The notes beneath the pieces were generated by a model, which was not told the DNA's origin, searched no databases, and saw only the letters and a program-made list of their open reading frames with translations. Shown here piece by piece: positions 1 through 12,177 of a DNA stretch of 64,000 bases (its first letter is position 1; every line of letters starts with the position of its first letter). Made by a program: the position numbers and the translations under genes. The DNA lies in assembly GCA_951406725.2 (NCBI GenBank), contig OX597839.1, positions 23,684,001 through 23,748,000 of the forward strand, in the 5' to 3' direction. Origin of the DNA: Octopus vulgaris. Taxonomy: Eukaryota.

Positions 1-33
<33 letters not shown>

Positions 34-36
<3 letters not shown>

Positions 37-521
37 GGTCACAGAAAACGAGAAAGCAACCATACTCTGGGATATGCCAATACACACAGATAGAGAAATT
101 AAGGCCAACAGACCAGTTATAGTTGTCAGAGATCATGAAGAAAAAAAATGCTTTCTAATTGATGTATCAGTACCGGCAGATGACAACGTGTCTCAAAAAG
201 AAATGGAGAAACTTTCAAAATACAAAGACCTGGAAATAGAGGTAACCAATATGTGGAATCTAAAAACAGAAACAATTCCTATCATAGTAGGTGCATTAGG
301 CATGATAAAAAAATATTCAGACAAATACATAACAAAAACACCAGGACTTACAAACACATATAACACAGAAAATTGCACTACTAGGCACTGCACACATCCT
401 ACGCAGAACACTTTCAATACAGTAACCATCAAAGCATCACAACAAATCACAGCACATACCCAAGGCACACAGAGCTGCGCTCGGTAGTGAAGTGAAAGCA
501 CACTATAAAAATAAAACTACT
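34..521 (+). mobile_element. 5'-truncated R4/Dong-like non-LTR retrotransposon (restriction-like endonuclease C-terminus plus 3' UTR) within (TAA)n
   Basis: Translates to KATILWDMPIHTDREIKANRPvIVVRD..CFLIDVSVP..K..EKLSKYKDL..MWNLKTETIPIIVGALG, then after a frameshift KIALLGTAHILRRTLSIQ*. This is the typical RLE tail. (AAT)n lies on both sides (1-33, 523-537). Confidence 0.85.
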
Positions 522-556
522 GAATAATAATAATAATATTGTTATTATTATTATTA

Positions 557-822
557 ATCTGCATGCCTGTTACAATCACTTGCCGAGATACACCCAGCAT
601 CCTAGGGCAAGTGAAGGATAAGAAATGTTACAGTATGACTGAAATGTTGGAGAGAAGAAGTGGCAAGGTCAGTAGCAAAATATCTTCATGTAATGCAACA
701 CAGATATTTAAATTGATAGGGTTTTTCTAAGGATGTGGGCAATACTTGTCAGCACAATCTTCTGGATTTCTCTGAGACATGGTTCTCCTGGGATATTATC
801 TAGATATTTCTGACATCCCTTT
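557..822 (-). mobile_element. Second R4/Dong-like 3' end, convergent with the first
   Basis: Minus strand reads KGCQKYLDNIPGEPCLREIQKIVLTSIAHILRKTLSI* (stop at 710-708). A 3' UTR follows and runs into (TAA)n at about 555-542. Confidence 0.75.
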
Positions 823-933
823 CTTACTTCCTTTTCTACTGCTTCTTCTTATTATCATTTTTTAAAACATTTCTTTCTAACAATTAGCTTTGAATAACCA
901 TAATATAGACATACATACCTACGTACATATATA

Positions 934-1484
934 CAGGGTGGACCAAAATTAGTGCCCCGACTTCAGTTTTTGAAATGATAAGTCATACTGATGATCTGGA
1001 TACTTGGGACTCTAATGATATATGCCTTGATGAGCATGGCTCCATCCATTTTCCATTAATTATTTAGCATCACCTTTTCAAAATTTTCATCACCTGTTGC
1101 TGTAACAAGGTCTTCCTTGTCCTGATCGATTGCAGAAGAGATTTCCAGTTGTCGTTAGTTCCTCGTGCCATCTGCCCACAGAGTCTTATGATCAGGAACT
1201 GGTGCTCCATATTTCTATTCATAGTGTCTTGGAACACTTTCTTGGAAACTGCATAAATCTGCTATTTGTAAAAAGGTTCATGTTGGTATGGTAACTGAAA
1301 TTAAAAAAGCTCATAATTAAGGAAACAGACTATTTACAACAACATATGAAGAAAATAAGAAAATAATCGATGACATATAGAAATAATAACAGCATCCATC
1401 AAGAAACTACAAAACTAATAGACACAAAAAAAAAAGATATGATTGGGACATGTAAAGTTGAGGCACTGATTTTGGTCCAGCCTT
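934..1484. mobile_element. Non-autonomous Tc1/mariner element
   Basis: About 30-bp TIRs: CAGGGTGGACCAAAATTAGTGCCCCGACTT and AAGTTGAGGCACTGATTTTGGTCCAGCCTT, in TA context. A decayed TTTGNL..RSGQGRP (HTH-region-like) stretch lies on the minus strand. Confidence 0.7.
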
Positions 1485-1495
1485 ATATATATATA

Positions 1496-1995
1496 TATAC
1501 ATAGAAGTAAATATATGGCACAACGAAGTACCGATATTTACTGGAAAATAGCGAACGTAATAATACGACGCTAATGTAACTGTTCTCGTTCTGTCAGCGT
1601 TTTAGCGTTTCAGTCGAGTGTATTGGCATTAATGTGGCAACATCTGAAATGTTGTCGTGGTATATGTTTGGCTGATGAAGATAAATCAAGTATATGTGAG
1701 CAGGCATATCTTGAAAAATCTGAAACCGGTCCCGGTCCCACATTATCCCTTTCTAGGTGTTTCATCTTTCAGATGTTCTCCCTGGAGGTAAGAGAATTTT
1801 TTTCAAGTTTATTGCACTCACGCATTTTTGCTAGTACATACACGGTGAAGCTATACATTAGCGTCGTATTATTACGTTCGCTATTTTCCAGTAAATATCG
1901 GTACTTCGTTGTGCCATTTATTTACTTCTATGTATAATTTTCCCTCACGGGCTATTCTTTACTGGAAAGCAATACTCTCGTATTGCATTACTATT
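1496..1995 (+). mobile_element. Penelope-like terminal-repeat remnant with inverted arms
   Basis: Near-perfect inverted repeat 1496-1578 / 1854-1936 enclosing a hammerhead motif, flanked by (TA)n. Confidence 0.65.
1664..1743 (+). ncRNA. Type I hammerhead ribozyme, canonical core
   Basis: Stem I TGG/CCA (extended by ATG/CAT); CTGATGA 1672-1678; stem II AGAT/ATCT with inner TCAAG..CTTGA hairpin; GAAA 1722-1725; stem III ACCG-gtcc-CGGT; GUC site at C1737. Confidence 0.75.
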
Positions 1996-2274
1996 ATATA
2001 TATATATATATATTTATATATTGTCAATAAAATATATGTCAGAAAAGAAGCACATTCTAAAGAATAGAGCAGTAAATATTAAAACAAAAAGTTAAATTCT
2101 GGTCATAGAGTTATGTAACCCCAAAATTTTACTAAATCCATTTCTCTCATTTACCCTCTTTCAGCCTTGTGCTAATGGAGTGTAATTTGAAGTGGGCTTT
2201 TTAGGGTCTTTTGACATCTATTTCTAGTATGTAGGTGATTTTTTTCAGTACCCTTAATCGTAATTATATCTATA

Positions 2275-2316
<42 letters not shown>

Positions 2317-2372
2317 TGCATACATACATACATACATACATACATACATACATACATACATACATACATACA

Positions 2373-3237
2373 CAGGGTGTGATGGGTAAATTGTCACCAT
2401 TTTATATTTTTAATTTCATGCATGTGCATTGTTCAGTTTTACTTTTGTCAAGTATAGCAGGGTCAGTTGGGCACCATCTGTGAGGAAAACAGCAATTCAC
2501 TCTGCCAGAAATTTGGAAACCACATGATGTACTGCTTGGCATTTGCTCCATTATGAAGAGATGGTGAACACACAGAATAATCATTGGCTTTTGCCATGTC
2601 CTCAAAACAAGTATCAAGAATGATAAAAATCAAACAACCAGTCAATATCATGGTGTTTGGAATGATCACAAGTGACAGCAATGTTATGCCTCCATTCATC
2701 TTTCCACATGACCTCAGACTCAATTCGAAGGCCTACATCAAGTGCTTGGAGGAGGTAGTGCTGCCCTGGGTCAAGAGGGTGGCTGCTGGAACACCCTATG
2801 TCTGGCAATAGGACTCTGCACCATGTCACACAATCAAGAGAACCCAGTCATGGCTGTCAGATAATTTCTGCAACCACATCACCCGTAACATTTGGCCACC
2901 TAACTCCCCAGACTGCAACCTCCTTGATTATTATGTGTGGGGCACAGTTGAGCAAGAGACCAACAAAACTCCTTGTTACATCAAAGATGAACTGAAGGCA
3001 AGGATTATGGCAACATTCCCCAACTTAAACAAGGAGACTGTCCAGAAGAGTTGCAGGAGATTCCAAAGTCGTCTGGAGGCTGTGGTTGAAGCCAATGGCA
3101 ATTTTATTGAATAAATTAACTCTTTAGTATTTCAAGATATTTTTATGTCATTTTGGTAAATATATCTGTTAAGATGAGATGTCAGTGTTATTTTCATTTT
3201 TGTAGAATTTAGACAACAGTATATTCACTGCATCTTG
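2373..3237 (+). mobile_element. Decayed Tc1/mariner-superfamily transposon, DD37D (maT-type) transposase fragment
   Basis: WQ*DSAPCH..WPPNSPDCNLLDYYVWG..FQSRLEAVVEANGNFIE*, with 37 residues between the second and third catalytic Asp. Left end is CAGGGTG; the right TIR is degenerate. Confidence 0.85.
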
Positions 3238-3249
3238 TATGTATGTATG

Positions 3250-3299
<50 letters not shown>

Positions 3300-3364
3300 A
3301 ACAGTATATTGGATAAATGATATCCCATAGTGGGTTACACCCATAACCCTTATCTTACTTTGTA

Positions 3365-3458
<94 letters not shown>

Positions 3459-3814
3459 AGGGTGTCGAAAAGTCACACACCATAAGATGGTTCCAGTCTG
3501 ATTTGGCATGGTTTCAATGGCTGGATGCCCTTCCTAACACCAACCACTCCAAGAGTGTAATAGAGTGATATGCAACACCAGCATCGACCTCAAGTATGAT
3601 ATCACTTGGCTTGACAAGTCTTCTCGAGCCCAACATATCACCAAAGACTTAAGTCACTTATCACCTCGACGAGGCTCCATGTTCAAAGGGGGGCTTTTTA
3701 CCTGACACAGGCACAGGTGCCTGTTACATGACACTGGTGTCAGCCATGACTACAGTTTCGCTTGGCTTGATGGGTCTTCTCAAGCAAGCATGGCATATCA
3801 CCAAAGGTCTCGGT

Positions 3815-3940
3815 CACTTAGCAGTTCAGCAAAAGAGACCAATAGAATAAGTACAAGGCTTATGAAGAATAAGTCCTGGGGTCAATTTGTTCGACTAAGG
3901 ATGGTGTTCCAACATGGCCGCAAGTAAAAGTATAAAAGAA
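3815..3940 (+). mobile_element. 3' half of tRNA-derived SINE family A
   Basis: Matches the cacttagcggttcggcaaaagagaccgatagaataagtac..gtaaaagag tail of the full copies. Confidence 0.7.
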
Positions 3941-3949
3941 TATATACCT

Positions 3950-4218
3950 AGCGCTGCCCCGACTGGCCTCTGTGCCAGTGGCATGTAAAAAGCACCATCT
4001 GATCATGGCCATTTGCCAGCCTCGTCTGGCACCTGTACCGGTGGCACGTAAAAAGCACCCACTACACTCTCGGAGTGGTTGGCGTTAGGAAGGGCATCCA
4101 GCTGCAGAAACATTGCCAAATCAGACTGGGCCTGGTGCAGCCTTCTGGCTTCCCAGACCCCAGTTGAACCGTCCAACCCATGCTAGCATGGAAAGCGGAT
4201 GCTAAACGATGATGATGA
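3950..4218 (+). mobile_element. RTE-LINE 3'-end repeat (family B) with (GAT)n tail
   Basis: ggttggcgttaggaagggcatccagctg..ccaacccatgctagcatggaaagcggatgctaaacgatgatgat; the same sequence ends the RTE fragment at 38686-39665. Confidence 0.75.
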
Positions 4219-4350
4219 TAAACACACACACACATGCATATATACACAAACACACACATACATACATATATACACAAACACACACACACACATCCACGTG
4301 CACATGCATATATACACACACACACACACACACATGCACATACACACAAA

Positions 4351-4382
<32 letters not shown>

Positions 4383-4759
4383 TATATCTGTAAGATGACA
4401 AGTGTCCGCAACATTAGAGATTTTTCACTTCTCTCAGCAAATGAACTCCTCATCAAAATACATTTTTATCTATCTTTAATTTCTGAAGTTTTATGGAAAT
4501 AATGATTATCTGGGAATTATGATTTGCAGAAACAATTAGCAACAAAACAAACAACATCACAAATTAAAGTAACAAACGATTTATTAATTAATCACAGTTT
4601 TATCAACAACAACAATAAGAACGATGGAGGTTATGATAAATAATTGAAGAGAAAGTAGAAAATACAAATGTGAATGTTTTTTTGTGAATCTGATTAAAAA
4701 AAAGACAAAAAGAGAACAAGAATAAAGATTTCTGAAATGTGATTGAATCAAAGACAAAA

Positions 4760-5250
4760 TTAATGATGTTGACGATGATGATGATGATAGCGACAGTGGT
4801 GGTGGCGGTGGTGGTGGTGGTGGTGGTGGTAAGGGTGGTGGTGGTGGTCATCATCATGACAGTGATGTTGATGATGATGATGATGATAGCGACGGTGGTG
4901 GGGGTGGGGGGGTGGTCATCATCATGACAGTGATGTTGATGATGATGATGATGATAACGACGGTGGTGGTGGTGGTGGCGGTGGCGGTGGTGGTGGTGGT
5001 GGTGGTGGTGGTCATCATCATGACAGTGATGTTGATGATGATGATGATGATGATAGCGACGGTGGTGGTGGTGGTAAGGGTGGTGGTGGTGGCGGTGGTG
5101 GTGGTTGTGGTGGTGGTGATGATGATGATGATGATGTCAATGGCAATGCTATGAGTTGTGGGGGTGGTGAGAAGGAGGAGGATGATGGCGATGGTGATAG
5201 TGATGGTGATGATGATGACTATGACGACGATGACGATGGCGATGATATTG
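4760..5250. repeat. Compound (GTG)n/(ATG)n low-complexity array with higher-order repeat
   Basis: The marker gtcatcatcatgacagtgatgttgatgatg occurs three times. Confidence 0.9.
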
Positions 5251-5522
5251 TAATTAATCAGCGAGCCTAATGAGATAGTTTATCGATACAGGTATTTATA
5301 TGTGAATATTGCAATCATATCGATTCAGCAAGAAGTGTGATTGTTTATTAATAGATGCAACAACAAAAACAAAAGCAAAATAATAGGCACAAGAGGGAGG
5401 GTGTGTGTGTGTGTGTGTGTGTGTGCATATATATGTATATATATATATGTGTATGTATGTATACACATGCATAGATATGTGTGCATATATATATAGCATG
5501 GATGCAGAGAGTGTAATATATA

Positions 5523-5581
5523 TCACCACCACCACCACTGCCACTGCCACCACCACCACCATCTTCATCACCATCATCATC

Positions 5582-5634
<53 letters not shown>

Positions 5635-5641
5635 CATCACC

Positions 5642-5673
<32 letters not shown>

Positions 5674-5745
5674 CATCATCATTTAATGAAAACAGACGTT
5701 AAATGGTGGTGGTGGTGGTGGTGGTGGTGGTGATGGTGATGATGA
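5523..5745. repeat. (CAC/CAT)n followed by (GGT/GAT)n
   Basis: Direct reading; a short family-B tail remnant (atgaaaacagacgttaaa) lies between the tracts. Confidence 0.85.
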
Positions 5746-5867
5746 TATATTGCTCTCTCTTCGCCTTCCAAATGCATGTTATATATGCACGCACGCACAT
5801 ACACACATATACATTCGTGTATACATTTAAATACATATACACATGTGTGTGTGTGTATATATATATA

Positions 5868-6031
5868 TATCATCATCATCATCATCATCGTCGTTTAACG
5901 TCCGTTCTCCATGCTAGCATGGGTTGGACGCTTCGACCGGGGATCTGGGAAGCCATAAGGCTGCACCAGGCTCCAGTCTTATCTGGCAATGTTTCTACAG
6001 CTGGATGCCCTTCCTAACGCCAACCACTCCG
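5868..6031 (-). mobile_element. Family B RTE-tail repeat
   Basis: (CAT)n-cgtttaacgtccgttctccatgctagcatgggttggacg..gcccttcctaacgccaaccactcc. Confidence 0.75.
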
Positions 6032-6034
6032 TCA

Positions 6035-6780
6035 TCAAACTACAAACCCACTGACTTTCTACATATCCATTATATATCTTCAAAATGCTGACCCCATGAC
6101 TGCTGCTCAATGTTCTGTGAACCCTGGAAATGCCATAAGATGTGTCCCGTGTATTATAACAACCAAGTTTTCCCAATCTGTGATGGTCCTCGAGGGTGTC
6201 TCCAGAAAGGGTGGTGTCATGCCACCCCATCTCTTTGAACGGGGCCTTAGGCTCAATTCAAATAGCTATGTGAAGCTGCTGGAGACTGTGGTGAAAGCCT
6301 GGCTGGAGAGGATTGCTGTTGGAAGGCCATGTGTGTGGCAGCAGGAATTGGCTTGTTGCCATATCTTCAGAAAGGAGTCGAAAGTGGTTGCCAAAGAATT
6401 TCTCCCACTTCACCAGCCCCAATTTCTGGCCTCCTAAGTTCCCCAAACATGGATTGCTATGTGTGGGGCATGGATGAATGGTTGACGAAGGCACCAACTG
6501 CTCCACTTGCAACACCAAGGCCACACTGGTGGCCAAGATCAAGAAGATGCTTCAAAGACCTTCCCAGGGACACAGTGAGGAATGCACATGCCAGTTTCCA
6601 AAGCCATCTTGAAGTCATGGTGGAAGCTGAGAGTAACTACTTCGAGTAAACTGTTATCTCCTGCCAAAATCTAAATTTTGATAGGTTTTGATATTTTAAA
6701 AATATTCTAATTTTCAAAATGGGAAATTGTGTTTTTCTTTCCTTATAAACAAATTAGCAAATTTAACCCTAACAACTGTA
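6035..6780 (+). mobile_element. Decayed Tc1/mariner transposase fragment related to 2373-3237
   Basis: TKFSQSVMVLEGVSRKGGVMPPHLFERGLRLNSNSYVKLLETVVKAWL..VWQQ..FWPP..DCYVWG..FQSHLEVMVEAESNYFE*, with frameshifts. Confidence 0.8.
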
Positions 6781-6820
<40 letters not shown>

Positions 6821-6843
6821 TGTATCCAAGGTATATATATAAG

Positions 6844-6942
6844 CTGTTGAAGAGCGTAGGCTCAAACATAAAAGACTTTCTCACCTTCCCAAGAGTTAAA
6901 CTAATACACCTATCTTTGTCTTTTGTTTTTTCTGTAAATTTC

Positions 6943-6945
<3 letters not shown>
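6844..6945 (+). mobile_element. Short repeat with decayed CUGUUGA hammerhead motif (same family as 48570-48740)
   Basis: ctgttgaagagcgtaggctc is identical to 48627-48646; the GAAACG segment has decayed. Confidence 0.55.
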
Positions 6946-6994
<49 letters not shown>

Positions 6995-6999
<5 letters not shown>

Positions 7000-7840
7000 T
7001 GCAGCATGGAAGGTGCTTATAAGCCATTTAAGAAACACACAAAAACCGTTAGATTCACTTCAACATTTAAATTTAATTTGTCAAAATATTTTCGTCGCTT
7101 TGAGATCGCGACCTGTTCACTGACAAAGCTTCGTGCTGCATCACAGTAAAGAAGAGGAAAAATAGAAATAGGAAGATCATCTGGTTTACACCCCCTGACT
7201 CACCCGAGGTGACCTTCAATATAGGTAAATATTTCTTTAACACTGATAGATAGACAATTTCCAGTTAACCATACTTATAGGAAACTCTTCAATAAACACA
7301 ATTTAAAAATTAGTTTTAGTTCAACTACCAATTTAAAAATATAATCAAACATAACACACAAAACCACAACAAGAAAACAGCTGTTCATGCAGGAATAAAA
7401 AATTGTGCCCGCTAAATGGAGCTTGCATGTCCGAGACCATCATCTATGAAGCTACCGTGGACTCTATAACCACTAAAGACACCGTTTCAACGAAGAAATA
7501 CGTGGGCCTTACAGAGGGTAATTTCAAGGCCAGGTTCAATAACCACACCTTGAGTTTTAGGCACTGGAACAAAAGAAATGTGACAAAATTATCTAATCAT
7601 ATTTGGTCTTTAAAAGATAAAGGTGTTGATAATAACATCCATTGGAACATTTTGGCCAAATGTAAGCCCTACACCAACGGCAGCAGAAAGTGCGGTCTAT
7701 GCGACATGGAGAGATGGCTTATCTGGAAAAGCAGCTTAGACCCTACTACATGTCTAAACTCAAGGACACTTTTCGGATCATGCCCACATGTGACAAAATT
7801 TTTGTTACATTTTTGGTCCCCTAAAGAAAACAGATAGAAT
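6995..7840 (+). mobile_element. Penelope-like element (Neptune-type) GIY-YIG endonuclease fragment with inverted 5' terminal repeat
   Basis: RNRKIIWFTPP..NIGKYFF..LIDRQFPVNHTYRKLFNKHNLKISFS..CSCRNKKLCPLNGAC..IIYEATV..YVGLTEGNFKARFNNH..LSNHIWSLK..CGLCDME, with frameshifts. 6995-7142 is an inverted copy of the 19461-19608 repeat. Confidence 0.9.
7077..7127 (-). ncRNA. Minimal hammerhead motif with G3-C8 core (GUGAACA)
   Basis: TTTGTCA-GTGAACA-G-GTCGC-gatctcaaa-GCGAC-GAAA-ATAT-TT-TGACAAA. Confidence 0.65.
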
Positions 7841-8612
7841 TTGCCTTCTATATTATGTCCCAAAAAGTTTTTTTATCTCATTATACCTTTTATTATTTCC
7901 TATATTTTTATATTTTCACACGTAATAATTTTTTCTGTACTTTTTTATCCTGCATTTTTTCCTGTGCCTATATAGACGTGTATATAGTGTCATTTGTACA
8001 CGTGTGTGAATATGTACGAGTGGGCTGTTTTGAGATGTGTGCGTGTGTGCGGGTATAAGAATGCATATATATATATAGACGTTTTTACTTAGTATTTTTC
8101 CATTTTTTAAGGTTTTTTTTGGGGGGGGGGGCATATGTATATTCATTTTTTGTATATGCGTGTGTGTGTATGCGTGTATAAACATGTGCGGGTATGTACA
8201 TATATGGGTGTGTGCGTGTATGAGTGCATAAGGGCATGTCCATATATGAACGTGGTTTTTATGCTTTGTATACTTCCTTATGTTTTTTTCTGTTACCTTT
8301 AACCATGGTTTTTCTTGTGCTTGTGCGTATATAGACGTATATATGGACTTTTACGGTACGCATGTGTGTGTGTATGAGTTTGTATATATATGCGTATATA
8401 TTTGGCGAAAAATGCGAGTAAAGATGTGTACGTTTTCATAGTGACGTATAAGTACGCACGTGGGTCCGCGAGCGCACATGTGAGTGTATGACTAGCCATG
8501 TTTACGTGTTTACTATGAAATTTTAATCTTATTTTATATAAGTAGCAGAATTATAACACAGTAATCTCCTTTTATATAACGGTATTTTTTCATAGCGTTT
8601 TTTCAGATGGCC

Positions 8613-8675
8613 AGATAACAGAAGAGATGGTGTTGTGGATTTCCACTTCGGCATCTGAAACTCAGAGTTTTATCT
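8613..8675 (+). ncRNA. Decayed hammerhead motif (core CAGAAGA)
   Basis: AGATAA-CAGAAGA-GATG..CATC-t-GAAA-CTCAGAG-TT-TTATCT. The homologue at 46827-46887 (-) has an intact CTGAAGA. Confidence 0.55.
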
Positions 8676-8782
8676 TGACTATTGAGTAATTGTAACATAT
8701 TATTTTATAGATAAATTTCCTCTATTTACATAATATTGAGGTCTCTTTCTTTCTTTTGTTATCTTACTGTTTTTAACAAATA

Positions 8783-8856
<74 letters not shown>

Positions 8857-9404
8857 TACATACACACACATGCACATGCATATATTCAAATACATATATA
8901 TATGTACTTAAAAACGTATATATTACATTATATGTCTGTGTGCATGCATGTACGCTTCTCTTGTTGTTGTTGTTGTTGTTATTATTATTATTATCATTAT
9001 TATTATTATACATATTACATACGTACATGTGTAGGGGGGTGGTTGTACTTAACATTATGCGGTTAAATCTAACTTGGGGTCATTTTACATTAAGTGACAA
9101 TAGCAGCAGCGACAACAACACCAACCACACCAAGAAATCCATAAATATTTTTCTAACTGTTTTTCCCTAAAACTATTTTGATTAAATAATTTCAACATTA
9201 ACTAGAAATTTTTTTTTTCTAATCAGAACTTTCGTTTTCATTGTTGCTGCTGTTGTTGTTGTTGTTGTTGTTGTCACCATCATCATCATCGTCAAAAATT
9301 GTTGTTGTCTTTAAATTAATTTTAAACTCCTGAATTATAAAGAAGCCCCTTGGCTAAAAGTTGTTACTAAAATAACAAAACAGGACAAATGAAGAGCAAG
9401 AGGA

Positions 9405-9879
9405 GACAGACAGACAGACAAAGACTGAGAGAGAGGGGGGGAGAGATATAGATACATACATACATACATACATACGTACATACATACATACATACATACA
9501 TATATACATACACACACATACACACATACACACACACATACATACATACACACACACACACATACACACATACATACATACATACATACATACATACATA
9601 CATACATAATACATACATACATACACACATACATAATACAGACATACATACACACATACATACATACATACACACACACATACATACATACATACATACA
9701 CACATACATACATACATACATACACACATACATAATACATACATACATACACACACACATACACACACATACATACATACATACATACACACATACATAA
9801 TACATACATACATACACACACACATACACACACATACATACATACATACATACACACACATACACACACATACACACAC

Positions 9880-9932
<53 letters not shown>

Positions 9933-10036
9933 TACATACATACATACACACACATACACACACACATACACACACACACACACATACATACATACATACA
10001 CACACATACACACATACATACTCATACATACATACC

Positions 10037-10080
<44 letters not shown>
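9405..10080. repeat. (CATA)n/(CA)n/(GA)n compound microsatellite
   Basis: Direct reading; it generates the spurious MCVCV ORFs. Confidence 0.95.
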
Positions 10081-10085
<5 letters not shown>

Positions 10086-10609
10086 GAGAGAGCAAGAAAG
10101 AAGTTGAGGAAGATAAAGAGAAAGAAAAATATAAAAGGAAAGCAAAAGAAAAAAACTAGACAAGACAGGGGGTGGTGGGAGGAGAGAAATAAACTTCAAT
10201 GAAAGTAGCAGAGATAAGCGGGGGGTGGGGGACACGTCTGGAAGAAGTTCTGTTAAAAGATTGGTTCGTTGGGGAATGCAATTCTTTAATTCTATTCTAT
10301 TATAGATTTCGGTTGTTTCTCGGTCAAAGGTCAGCTTGATTGAAAGCCATTTCAGTGTTGTTTGTTTTAGAAGAGTAATGTGGTCGGCTTCAGCCAGGAG
10401 GCTGTGTCATCAAGAGAAAGTTTTCTTTTGTTTTTCTTTGGAGGGCGATTGCTGGGTGTTTATCATCTTACAGACTGGAAGAAGGAGAAGAAGAAGCTGG
10501 ACGCTTACAAAAACTCGACTAGTCTTACCTAAAACCATTTCCGTGTATTTTCTGAACAGAAACGACGGAGTGTGACTTGCTAAATCCCTCTTAGAAATTA
10601 GATAAATAA

Positions 10610-10687
10610 TATAGATAGACAGACAGACAGACAAGTCGACGGACAGACAGGCAGGCAGACAGACAGGCAGGCAGACAGACAGACAAG

Positions 10688-10739
<52 letters not shown>

Positions 10740-10874
10740 CATTTCTACATTACTGCATGTACTTTATATGCACTTTCTGACAAGTTGTGGAGCACCTGAG
10801 CACTGTATACAATTAATTTCATTATTATTATAGATAGATAGATAAACAGACAGACAGACAGACAGACAGACAGG

Positions 10875-10905
<31 letters not shown>

Positions 10906-10943
10906 GTAGATAGATAGACAGGTAGATAGATAGGTAGATAGAT

Positions 10944-11010
<67 letters not shown>

Positions 11011-11070
11011 CAGACAGGTAGACAGACAGACAGACAGAAAGACAGATAGATAGATAGATAGATAGACAGG

Positions 11071-11130
<60 letters not shown>

Positions 11131-11168
11131 CAGACAGGTAGAGAGACAAACAGGCAGGCAGACAGAGA
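10610..11168. repeat. (GATA)n/(GACA)n arrays
   Basis: Direct reading. Confidence 0.95.
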
Positions 11169-11282
11169 GATGTGGTTGGGATGCAAGCTTCTTACCACGG
11201 AGCCACGCTTGTGCGTAGTTTGTTCAAACTAATTGTGGAAGAAGCGAAGTACATCTTCTAGAATTATTTACATCCTTATAGA

Positions 11283-11448
11283 GGCACAACTGTTGCTGTG
11301 TGCTTGAGAAGCTTGTTTACCAACCACATGGTTCCAGGTTCAGTCCCACTGCATGGCACTTTGGGCAAGTGTCTTCTATTACAGCCTCAAGCCAACCAAA
11401 ACTTTGCAAGCGGATTTGGTTGACAGGAACTGAAAGAAGCCTGACGTA
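11283..11448 (+). mobile_element. 5' half of SINE family A
   Basis: caaccacatggttccaggttcagtcccactgcatggcactttgggcaagtgtc. Confidence 0.7.
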
Positions 11449-11477
11449 TATTGAAGAGTTGCATGTTTTGAAGCAGT

Positions 11478-11820
11478 TCATCATCATCATTGTTTAACGT
11501 CTGCTTTCCATGCTAGCATGGGTTGGACGGTTCAACTGGGGTCTGGGAAGCCAGGAGGCTGCACCAGGCCAGTCTGATCTGGCAGTGTTTCTACAGCTGG
11601 ATGCCCTTCCTAACGCCAACCACTCTGTGAGTGTAGTGTCTGCTTTTTATGTGCCACCGACACAGGTGCCAGACGAGGCTGGCAAACGGCCACGATCGGA
11701 TGGTGCTTTTTACGTGCCACCGGCACGGAGGCCAGGCGAGGCTGGCACAGCCACGATAGGATGGTGTTTGTTACATGCCACCAGCACGGAGGCCAGTCGA
11801 TGCGGTGCTGGCTACGGCCG
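11478..11820 (-). mobile_element. Family B RTE-tail repeat with internal ggtgctttttacgtgccacc subrepeats
   Basis: (CAT)n tail, conserved core, and repeated units of about 50 bp. Confidence 0.75.
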
Positions 11821-12136
11821 GTTGTCCATAGATATTCACTTCCTCCCTGATTTTGAAAGAAACAGCCATGCCTGCATAGCAGCTGCCCTTTATGACTGCA
11901 CCCTTATTCTGTGTATGTATAAAGGGAGGGAGTTGGCAGAATTCTTAACACTCCAGACAAAATGTATATATGCAGGATGGTATGTAAATATGTTTACATG
12001 TATATATCTATATCTATATCCATATATAGAGAGATATAGATGTATATACACAGACATATACATCTATATCTCACTATATATGGATATAGATATAGATATA
12101 TACATGTAAAGATGTGTGTGTGTGTGTGTGTGTGTG

Positions 12137-12175
<39 letters not shown>

Positions 12176-12177
<2 letters not shown>

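Noticed and set aside
9335-10235. Long MCVCVYVC-type ORFs (also YIYI, LSIY and HTHT ORFs throughout the window)
   Set aside because: Microsatellite read-through with no coding signal.
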